A stretch of DNA of 64,000 nt, taken from assembly GCA_041306075.1 (NCBI GenBank), contig JBFYKH010000071.1, positions 1,499 to 65,498 of the forward strand, given 5' to 3'. Below the pieces are notes generated by a model that was given only the letters and a program-made list of their open reading frames with translations, was not told the origin of the DNA and searched no databases. Source of the stretch: Candidatus Altiarchaeota archaeon. Its GTDB lineage: Archaea; Altiarchaeota; Altiarchaeia; IMC4; SCGC-AAA252-I15. Numbering within the stretch: position 1 is the stretch's first letter; each line of letters opens with the position of its first letter. Positions 56,189 to 64,000 of this stretch are shown here, piece after piece. Position numbers and translations under genes: made by a program.

Positions 56189-57145
56189 CTATTTAATGTC
56201 CGGGAGCCCCGCGTCAAGCTGTATGGCCTCCAGCCTCCTCTTTATCTCAAGGGACCTTGCGACCGCCCATCCGTCGCCCGTCCTCTCGGCTTCCCTGAGG
56301 GTTGCCGCGACGGCTTCAAAGTCCCTCTTCTCGGGGGCCTCCCCTATGCCGATTTCGTTCATCCATACGATGAGGCCTCCAGCCTCGATGCCCATCGTGT
56401 TCTTACCCCTGACTTTCCTGAGGGCTTTGCGGATGAGGCCCTCGTCCCGTTTGGGGTCGGTCTCCTCTCCTACACTTCTCATCATGCCGTGGAGCATGGC
56501 CACCCTGGCACCGTTCTTCTCCACACTCCGCTCGTGCTCCAGGAGGTCTGCGAACATCATCCTCTCAAGAGCGGTCGGCTCGGTTGGGACGCCCAGGTCC
56601 CTCGCGTAAGCGTGCATGGCCAGGGTGTTCACGACGCTCACCGAGCGCATGACGTTCAGCCCATCAGCCGTTTCCTCGACTGCCAATGCATCCACCCTGA
56701 AGGTTCCGTCCTGCTCCGGCCATGTCGCGGTGAGCCGGTGGCCGTCTCTTCTGAGCGTCGCCTCCCTCCCTCTCTTCACTGTCCTGACGGTCCACTCCCC
56801 CGGTCTTGTCTCCTCGACGCTGCCGACCTTGTCCTGCAAATCCGCTTCCCTCGGGGTCCTCCTAAGTATGAATCCCAGCTTCTTCAAGCCTTCATCGACT
56901 TCGTCCAGCCGCATGCCCTCCCCGAGCGTGAACATGCGCTTGGGCCTGTAGTATTCGAGGTCTTTGAGGATTATGGCGGAGTCCTCTGCGGGGTCGACTT
57001 TCCCCCCCATCCCCCTCCTCATGGAGTGCATCTGGAGGGCTTCGAAGCCCGCGCCGTCCCCCCGGTACGCCTGGAGGGCCCTTGCCATGAGTTCCACCCT
57101 CCTGTCTGCCTCTTCCCCCCCCGTCCGGCTTCTCTGGGCTGGCAT
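56189..57145 (-). CDS. Hypothetical protein
   Basis: 318-aa minus-strand ORF between glyA and folD. Its composition is more protein-like than the overlapping plus-strand ORFs. No family recognised. Confidence 0.4.
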   Translation of the reverse strand: MPAQRSRTGGEEADRRVELMARALQAYRGDGAGFEALQMHSMRRGMGGKVDPAEDSAIILKDLEYYRPKRMFTLGEGMRLDEVDEGLKKLGFILRRTPREADLQDKVGSVEETRPGEWTVRTVKRGREATLRRDGHRLTATWPEQDGTFRVDALAVEETADGLNVMRSVSVVNTLAMHAYARDLGVPTEPTALERMMFADLLEHERSVEKNGARVAMLHGMMRSVGEETDPKRDEGLIRKALRKVRGKNTMGIEAGGLIVWMNEIGIGEAPEKRDFEAVAATLREAERTGDGWAVARSLEIKRRLEAIQLDAGLPDIK

Positions 57146-57198
57146 AATATTACCCGCGTAGGCTGCGATTAAATACCCCTCCGGGGAATATATTCTGG

Positions 57199-58035
57199 AT
57201 GGCGGTAATCCTCGACGGGAAGGCTGTCGCGGCCAAGATACGGGGGGACGTCCGGAAGAAGGCGTCCGCCCTCAATGTAAAGCCCGGCCTCGCCGCGGTG
57301 CTCGTCGGCGAGAACCCCTCATCGAAGCTGTACGTCGACCTGAAGGAGAAGGCCTGCGCCGAGGCCGGCTTCTATTCCGAGCGGCATGTGCTGCCGAAGG
57401 ATGCCAAGGAGAGGCAGCTGCTCGAACTCATAGGGCGCCTGAACGACGACCCGAGGATACACGGTATAATCGTGCAACTGCCTCTCCCCAAGCACATCCG
57501 GGTCAGGGCGGTCGTGAAGGCATTGTCTCCCGCCAAGGACGTGGACGGCTTCCACCCCTACAACAACGGCGCCGTCATGGACGGTGAGGAGCGGCTGGTG
57601 TCCGCCACCCCGAAGGGCGTAGTACGCCTCCTTGAGGCATACGGCATAGGATTCGACGGCCGCGAGGTCGTCGTCGTCAACCACACCATCGTCTTGGGCC
57701 GTCCCCTGTCCATGCTCCTCATGAACCGCGACGCGACGGTGACCGTCTGCAACCACAGGACGAGGGACCTTGGCCGGCACACGCTCGGCGCGGACATACT
57801 AGTCTCGGGCGCCGGCGTCCCGGGGCTCATAAAGGCCGACATGGTTCGCGAAGGCGCGGTCGTCGTGGACGCGGGCATAAGCTTCCTGGAAGGCAGGGTC
57901 CGGGGGGACGTCGACTACGGGAGCGTGGAGAAGAAGGCGTCCTACATCACCCCAGTCCCGGGCGGCGTCGGGCCGATGACCGTCGCAATGCTCCTTGAGA
58001 ACACCCTCTTGGCGGCGCAAGGCGATACGGCTTAA
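57199..58035 (+). CDS. folD: Bifunctional methylenetetrahydrofolate dehydrogenase/cyclohydrolase
   Basis: 278 aa with FolD motifs (GIIVQLPLP, VVNHTIVLGRP). Confidence 0.9.
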   Translation: MAVILDGKAVAAKIRGDVRKKASALNVKPGLAAVLVGENPSSKLYVDLKEKACAEAGFYSERHVLPKDAKERQLLELIGRLNDDPRIHGIIVQLPLPKHIRVRAVVKALSPAKDVDGFHPYNNGAVMDGEERLVSATPKGVVRLLEAYGIGFDGREVVVVNHTIVLGRPLSMLLMNRDATVTVCNHRTRDLGRHTLGADILVSGAGVPGLIKADMVREGAVVVDAGISFLEGRVRGDVDYGSVEKKASYITPVPGGVGPMTVAMLLENTLLAAQGDTA

Positions 58036-58072
58036 ATATCCCGCACTCCAAGTCTTAACCTGGTGTTTTCCC

Positions 58073-59617
58073 TTGAAGGCCTCCTATGCGCTGATTAGTG
58101 TCTGGGACAAGGCTGGGGCCGTCGACTTCGCAAGGGGGCTCCATAAGCTGGGCTTCAGGATACTGTCTTCGGGGGGCACTTCTAAGGCCCTCTCGGTGGC
58201 CGGAGTGCCCACCATGCAGATTTCAGACTACACCGGCTTCCCCGAAATGCTTGACGGGCGGGTGAAGACGCTGCACCCGAGGGTGCACGCCGGCATCCTG
58301 GCGCTCCGCGGCGACGAGAAGCACACAGGAAAACTCAAGGAGCACGACATCCCGCACATAGACGTCGTCGCGGTGAACCTGTACCCGTTCGCGGAGACGG
58401 TCGCCAGGAAGGATTCGACGCTCGAGGACGCGATAGAGAACATAGACGTCGGCGGCCCCGCCCTCATACGGGCGGCTGCGAAGAACCACTCGCACGTCGC
58501 GGTGATAGTCGACCCTGCAGACTATGGGCGCGTCCTCGATGAGCTTCGGTCGGGCGGGGCGGTCACGGAGGCGACGAGGAGGAACCTCGCCGTCAAGGCG
58601 TTCGCCCGCACGACGGAATACGACTCGGCGATACACAAGTACCTCTCTCGGACATACCAGCCCGGGAAATTCCCGGACCACTTAGACATAAACCTCCGGA
58701 AGGCCTACGACCTCCGCTACGGAGAGAACCCCCACCAGTCGGCTGCATACTACTTCGATGCCGACGCGGCCCCATGCATCACCGAGACCGCGGTGCTCTC
58801 TGATGGAAAACAGCTCAGCTTCAACAACCTCCTCGACGTGAACTCCGCCCTCGAGTTCGTGAAGGAGTTCGACAAGCCGGCGGCCGTGATAATAAAGCAC
58901 ATCAACCCGTCGGGGGTAGGGGTCGCGGACACCATCGGCCAGGCGTACTCCCGCGCCCACGGCGCGGACCCCATGAGCGCATACGGCTGCGTCGTCGCCC
59001 TCAACAGGGCCCCGGACGCCGATACCGCGAGGGAGATTGCCTCAACGTTCGTGGAGGTCGTCGCCGCACCATCCTACGGGAAGGAAGCTCTCGACATCCT
59101 CCTGGCCAAGAAGAAGATGCGCGTACTCGCGGTCGGGGGTATAAAGAAGACCACGAAGGACGCGCTCGACTATCGGCGGGTCATCGGAGGCATGCTCCTG
59201 CAGACGCCGGACCTCGCGGACGTCTCCGAGTCCGGCCTGAAGGTCGTCTCGAAAAGGAAGCCCACGCCATCGGAGACCGAGGACATGCTGTTCGCATGGA
59301 AGGTGTGCAAGCACACGAAGTCGAACTCGATAATACTCGCGAAGGACGACAGGACGGTGGGCGTCGGGGCGGGCCAGATGAGCCGCGTCGACGCTGTGAA
59401 GATAGCGGCAATGAAGGCCAAAGACCTTGCAAAAGGGGCTGCGATGGCGTCCGACGCGTTCTTCCCCTTCCGCGACGGCATAGACGAGGCCGCGAAGGCC
59501 GGCGTCACGGCGGTCATACACCCCGGCGGCAGCATCAGGGACGCGGAGGTCGTCGCCGCGGCGGACGAGCACGGGATGGCGATGGCGTACACCGGCATCA
59601 GGTGCTTCCTACACTAG
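58073..59617 (+). CDS. purH: Bifunctional AICAR transformylase / IMP cyclohydrolase
   Basis: MGS-like N-domain (ALISVWDKAG, LSSGGT) followed by the AICARFT domain. The ORF track starts at 57995 and would overlap folD by 41 nt. The in-frame TTG at 58073, giving MKASYALISV, is more likely. Confidence 0.85.
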   Translation: MKASYALISVWDKAGAVDFARGLHKLGFRILSSGGTSKALSVAGVPTMQISDYTGFPEMLDGRVKTLHPRVHAGILALRGDEKHTGKLKEHDIPHIDVVAVNLYPFAETVARKDSTLEDAIENIDVGGPALIRAAAKNHSHVAVIVDPADYGRVLDELRSGGAVTEATRRNLAVKAFARTTEYDSAIHKYLSRTYQPGKFPDHLDINLRKAYDLRYGENPHQSAAYYFDADAAPCITETAVLSDGKQLSFNNLLDVNSALEFVKEFDKPAAVIIKHINPSGVGVADTIGQAYSRAHGADPMSAYGCVVALNRAPDADTAREIASTFVEVVAAPSYGKEALDILLAKKKMRVLAVGGIKKTTKDALDYRRVIGGMLLQTPDLADVSESGLKVVSKRKPTPSETEDMLFAWKVCKHTKSNSIILAKDDRTVGVGAGQMSRVDAVKIAAMKAKDLAKGAAMASDAFFPFRDGIDEAAKAGVTAVIHPGGSIRDAEVVAAADEHGMAMAYTGIRCFLH

Positions 59618-59930
59618 GATACAATCCTGCATCGGGCTGGAGTCCATCGCAGACTACCGGATAGCCATTGGCGGCCTCGGGCAGGCTGAAGGAACGGTTC
59701 AGAAGGGAATACCTGGGCGGGCACTAGCAACCCTCAGCTTTAAACCGGCGCTGCGAAATACTATACAGGGGTCCTCTAAAGTGTGATGGATAAGGGCTCA
59801 CGCCCTGAGGGCAAGATCGGTTGGTTGGCTAGGGTGTAATAAAAGGATGCCGGGGCTAGGGGCCTCAGCATCCTTGTAAACCGCAGGCGTCAACTGCCTT
59901 GAGGACCCCAACAAACAGGCGCTCTTATTC

Positions 59931-61388
59931 TTGCGGCTCCCAGTTTCAGGTATGTGCGCCCATAAAGTCGTCTCCCCTCCTGGTGGCCATGACATGCAGG
60001 TCGCTGACAGCCTCTCCGGGGTGGAGGCCGGGAGGCTCTCGGGCGCAAGCCGGCAGGACATCCGGCTGGCTGGCGAGATAATCGGGTTGGTCTACAAGCC
60101 CGATGAGCTGAGGTACGGCAATATCGTCGTGCAGGAGCCCTCAGAAGGCAAACTCGTGGAGGTGGCGAGGATACCCTGGGACGGCGACGAATACGACTTC
60201 ATGGTGGCGGAGAAGGCAGGCTACGGGGGCCACTCGATAAGAAGCACGGAGCCGGCCTTAAGGGACAAGCACCTACCGGCACACCTGCTGCCTCACTTCC
60301 GGCAGGCCGCCATGATGCGCGGCCTCGGCCTACCGGAGTACGTCTGTTTCCTGAGGGACGGGGGTCTCCGTACGGACTTGGACTGGCTGAGGCTCCCGTA
60401 CACGGTTAACTATGAACCGGAAGGGCACATAATATCAGGCAACGTCCTGTCATTCAGCCACAGAATATGCGAGCGCAAGGCGGAGAGGGCCGCTATACGG
60501 GACCTTGTGGAACGGAGGATGGCTGGAGGGGATTTCACCCTCCACATAAAAAGCTGCGGCTGCGGCATCACAGGCAACGAACCGTACGGATATGCGATGG
60601 TGGCCTATGACGTCCTCCGTGAAGTCGGCAGGGGCCTGTCCCCCGGGGCCGGCGAGGCTGAGGCTGCAAGATGGGCGGACAAGTGGGAGCTCACGGTCAC
60701 CGGCTACGCCATAAGCCCCCTCCACCTAGAAACCGCTGAGAAGGGCGAGGTCTGGACATACGAGCGCCTCTACCGGGAGGCGGACCCGTCCAACATATTC
60801 TTCAAGTACGTCGGGGAGGCGAGAGTCGACGAACGCGAAAAAAACGCGTACTTCAAGGTCAACCCGGAGATTCGCAGGCTTGTCGGCTTCGAGTGGATGG
60901 ACCTCCTGGACACGAGGCAGCTTGAGCGGCTCAGTGACAGGCCGGCGGACCTGCTAGTCTTGGATAGGGTGTTCTACCTCTACTCCCAGAAACCCGGCTC
61001 CCATAAGCCACAGTGGCTCGAAGAGCCGATGAGCGGGGCGCTCCACAAGATAATAGGCTCAATCAGGGAAGGCGGCGTGTTCATCACAGACAATGACGTG
61101 TACGACGTCCGGAACCTAAGCTTCTACGCCGGCCAGGCGGACAACCCCGGCCCTAAGCCGCCATTGTACTTCAGCTGGCGAGGCCTCAGGGAGGTCCCGT
61201 GGGACGGCGGCATGATGGTGTTCGAAGACCATAAGAGGACGGCATTCCCAATATCGGCCGAAGAGGCCGCTGCATGGGATGCCAGGAACAGATGGGACGT
61301 CTACTCTAGGCTCTTCAGGGCTTACCAGGACGAGATAATCCCGCACGGGGGGCGCATGCCGTCCGGGATATACGTGAAGGAAGGGTGA
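59931..61388 (+). CDS. Large hypothetical protein (485 aa in the ORF track; a more likely start is the Met at 59994)
   Basis: Long ORF with balanced composition and no recognised family. A CGCG-containing segment and a C-terminal region vaguely Rossmann-like. Confidence 0.5.
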   Translation: MRLPVSGMCAHKVVSPPGGHDMQVADSLSGVEAGRLSGASRQDIRLAGEIIGLVYKPDELRYGNIVVQEPSEGKLVEVARIPWDGDEYDFMVAEKAGYGGHSIRSTEPALRDKHLPAHLLPHFRQAAMMRGLGLPEYVCFLRDGGLRTDLDWLRLPYTVNYEPEGHIISGNVLSFSHRICERKAERAAIRDLVERRMAGGDFTLHIKSCGCGITGNEPYGYAMVAYDVLREVGRGLSPGAGEAEAARWADKWELTVTGYAISPLHLETAEKGEVWTYERLYREADPSNIFFKYVGEARVDEREKNAYFKVNPEIRRLVGFEWMDLLDTRQLERLSDRPADLLVLDRVFYLYSQKPGSHKPQWLEEPMSGALHKIIGSIREGGVFITDNDVYDVRNLSFYAGQADNPGPKPPLYFSWRGLREVPWDGGMMVFEDHKRTAFPISAEEAAAWDARNRWDVYSRLFRAYQDEIIPHGGRMPSGIYVKEG

Positions 61389-61415
61389 TTTATACTCTGC
61401 CAACAATTATGGTCT

Positions 61416-62441
61416 ATGGCCTCGACAGTCTACTTTTGGCATGAAGCCTCGAATCTCCGCCAGGGCGCTGCGGAGTGTTTCAGGCGGGTGGCGTCCGACT
61501 TCGGCCGGGGACGGGTCGGCCTGAAGGTGCACTTCGGCGAGCGGGGAAACAAGACGCATGTGCGGCCGGACTGGCTCCTGGACGCGAAGGAGCTCCTGGG
61601 CGACCCCGTGTTCATCGAGTGCAACGTCATGTACCGGGGCATGAGGACGAGGCGGCAGGACCACTTGGAGACTGCGAGGAGTCACGGTTTCGGTTTCCTC
61701 CCCCTCGACATACTCGACGGCGAGACGGGGGAGGCGTATGTGGAGGTGCCTGTAAACGTCGGCAGGACGAAGACCGCGAAGCTCGGGGCCGGGATACAGG
61801 GGTACCAAAAACTGGTCGCGGTCTCCCATTTCAAGGGCCACATCGCCGCCGGATTCGGCGGCGCCCTCAAGAACGTCGGCATGGGCCTCGGCTCCCGCGC
61901 AGGCAAGATGGGCATGCACTCCATCATCTCCCCGGTGGTTTTGCCGAAGAAGTGCGTCGCCTGCGGCACTTGCGTCAGGGACTGCCCGGTCGACGCGATA
62001 ACGCTCTCGGACGTCGCGTACATCGACTCGAAGAAGTGCATAGGATGCGCCCACTGCATAGCGGTATGCCCAGAGTCGGCGATAGACATACCCTGGAACA
62101 TGTCGGGCGAAGTCAACAGGGCCCTGATGGAGAAGGTGGCGGAGTACTCCCTAGCGGCGATGGCGGGCAGGAGCTGGCGGTTCATCAACTTCATAACAGA
62201 CCTCACATACGACTGCGACTGCATGCCCACCCGCCAGAAGCCGTTCATGCCGGACATCGGCATAATACTATCGAGCGACCCGGTCGCAGCGGACCAGGCG
62301 AGCCTAGACCTCGTGAAGGACAGAAACGGCGGGAAGGACCCTTTCCTGAAGAAGCACGGAATCGACGGCTCATACATCCTCGAGTATGCGGAGACGATTG
62401 GCCTCGGCTCGAGGGAATACGGGCTTAAGCGGCTTTCTTAA
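61416..62441 (+). CDS. DUF362-domain protein with an inserted 2x[4Fe-4S] ferredoxin domain
   Basis: Two CxxCxxCxxxCP motifs (CVACGTCVRDCP, CIGCAHCIAVCP) embedded in a DUF362-type sequence (VKLHFGERGN ... HFKGH). Confidence 0.75.
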   Translation: MASTVYFWHEASNLRQGAAECFRRVASDFGRGRVGLKVHFGERGNKTHVRPDWLLDAKELLGDPVFIECNVMYRGMRTRRQDHLETARSHGFGFLPLDILDGETGEAYVEVPVNVGRTKTAKLGAGIQGYQKLVAVSHFKGHIAAGFGGALKNVGMGLGSRAGKMGMHSIISPVVLPKKCVACGTCVRDCPVDAITLSDVAYIDSKKCIGCAHCIAVCPESAIDIPWNMSGEVNRALMEKVAEYSLAAMAGRSWRFINFITDLTYDCDCMPTRQKPFMPDIGIILSSDPVAADQASLDLVKDRNGGKDPFLKKHGIDGSYILEYAETIGLGSREYGLKRLS

Positions 62442-63852
62442 GGTAGCGGCCGAGGTCCTCCGGCTTCCAGAAGACGCCGTTCTCCTGAAGCATCTCCGTC
62501 GGGTAGAGTTCCGCGTTGTTGAGGTTATTCCTGTCAGAGACCCCGACGAGGTCGACGACCGCCGGCTCCTCCCTCATGGCGTCCATCCCCTCGAAGTAGA
62601 CGACAGCCTTGCCGCCCTTTACGCCCCGGTTCACGAGCTCGGCCATCTTCCGGCCGACCTTCATCCCCATCACCCTGTCGTATTCAGTGGGGGTGGCTCC
62701 GCGGGCCTCGTAGTTCTCCAGGAGCTGGTTGACCTTCTTCGCCCCAGCGAGCTTCTCGAGGGCCTGCATTATGAACTTGCTTATCCCAGCTAGCTTCTCA
62801 ACGTTTCCAAAGGAGTCGAGTTTGCTTTCCCAAACGGTCTTCCCAAACTGCGCAGCCAGCTCGCGGTCCGCGAGTATCCTCCTGAGGTCGCCCCTGGGGT
62901 CGTTCTCGTCTTCGGCCACGATAAGCCCCGGCACGTCCTCGACCTTGAGCTCACGGCTGAGCCACTTGGCCTTCAGCCCCTCGTCCTTCGCGAGCCTGTC
63001 CATCTCATGCTTCAGCTCCGGCGGCATGAACCCCTCGGCGACGACGACAACGACGTTCCCCTCCCTCTCCTTAACGCCCTTCGCCTCATGCGCTATGCTC
63101 CTGAGCGTCGTCGGCTTCTCGGGAACGAGTATCATGACAGCCCGGCGGTATTCGGTCACCTTTCGCTTCTCCTCGGGGGGCAGCTCATCTAAATTCCCCG
63201 GATGCCTCCTCGCGGCCTCGTAGGCCAGTTTCCCGGCCCCCCTCCCGAACGTCTCCACGACATGCCATTGGTTGTGCGTATACGCGTTCGTCGCCGCAGC
63301 CCAGACAGCCTTCTGGTAGTCCCTCACGGCGGTGTGGAAGCCCAGCATTTGCGCCGGTCTGCCTGTAATCCAGCCATCGCCGTCTATGCTCTTGAAAGTG
63401 CCGACAACAACCTTCTCAGGGAAGCGCCCGGCTATCTTTTCGAGGAGGAACATATTGTCGTTTCCCCCGGAACCGTATACGTAGCCGTACGGACTGATAT
63501 TATCAATCGCGTTCCTCTGGTTCTCCTCCTGTTTCGCCCTCTTCGCCGGGTCCTTGTCGAATTTCTTCGGGAACGGGTCCTCCCTCGCCGACCCGTAGGG
63601 GGTGCTCGCCTGCCCCTCGAAGTCGGAGGCTGCAAGCCCCTCGACCATAATAAGCCTCTCCTGGAACTTTCCGGGGGCGCTCATCAGCCCGCTGCCGGCG
63701 TTTTTCACGCCGAGCATGGTGAGATCCGGCTTCAGATTCTTCTGGAACGAGGCGAGGAAGTCCGCGATTCCTGCGCAGTCTCCGCCGCCGGTTATGCCTA
63801 TACCCGCCGAGGACTTGTCGAGCGACGAGAGGATTTCCTCCTGGGTCCTCAC
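62425..63852 (-). CDS. 6-phosphofructokinase-like protein (PFK-A family; ATP- or PPi-dependence unresolved); the ORF stays open to the window edge
   Basis: GITGGGDCAGI, GGNDNM, SIDGDG and ETFGRGAGKLA resemble PFK-A motifs. The listed start is a GTG. The same frame has no stop between 63853 and 64000, so the gene may extend beyond the window. Confidence 0.6.
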   Translation of the reverse strand: MRTQEEILSSLDKSSAGIGITGGGDCAGIADFLASFQKNLKPDLTMLGVKNAGSGLMSAPGKFQERLIMVEGLAASDFEGQASTPYGSAREDPFPKKFDKDPAKRAKQEENQRNAIDNISPYGYVYGSGGNDNMFLLEKIAGRFPEKVVVGTFKSIDGDGWITGRPAQMLGFHTAVRDYQKAVWAAATNAYTHNQWHVVETFGRGAGKLAYEAARRHPGNLDELPPEEKRKVTEYRRAVMILVPEKPTTLRSIAHEAKGVKEREGNVVVVVAEGFMPPELKHEMDRLAKDEGLKAKWLSRELKVEDVPGLIVAEDENDPRGDLRRILADRELAAQFGKTVWESKLDSFGNVEKLAGISKFIMQALEKLAGAKKVNQLLENYEARGATPTEYDRVMGMKVGRKMAELVNRGVKGGKAVVYFEGMDAMREEPAVVDLVGVSDRNNLNNAELYPTEMLQENGVFWKPEDLGRYLKKAA

Positions 63853-64000
63853 TATGAAGCGGCCAGACTTGACGCCTTGGACGAGGTCCCTGTCCGTGAG
63901 CGTCCCTTTGCCGGAGACTATGGTCTTCCCCCCGGCCGAGGCTTCGACGTCTACGCTGACTCCGTCCCTCAGGACCCTTTTGCCGCTGGTCGAGAGCCTC

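Noticed and set aside
1-64000. CRISPR arrays, rRNA genes, transposase/IS elements
   Set aside because: No array of short regularly spaced direct repeats, no rRNA-like segments and no transposase-like ORFs were seen. The only repeat structures are those around tRNA-Arg.

Overview
This 64-kb window is high-GC (about 63%) and clearly archaeal. It encodes MCM, RadA and RadB, archaeal Lon (LonB), Kae1, tRNA-splicing endonuclease, DNA primase large subunit (PriL), a Nog1-family GTPase, the archaeal-type S-adenosylmethionine synthetase, and the archaeal HMG-CoA synthase/thiolase/DUF35 mevalonate trio. Most of it is densely packed core genes: alaS, a pstSCAB phosphate-transport operon, aroA and aroC, malic enzyme with a two-subunit class-I fumarase, a glyA-folD-purH one-carbon/purine block, and two divergent membrane pyrophosphatases. 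Intergenic regions carry TATA boxes 20-30 nt upstream of start codons, which suggests leaderless transcripts. Many long ORFs on the non-coding strand are high-GC artefacts and were discarded. The stretches not explained by known families are listed in the findings below, in window order, with the two strongest candidates for undescribed systems (16343-17796 and 47081-49184) flagged. No CRISPR array, rRNA or obvious transposase was seen.
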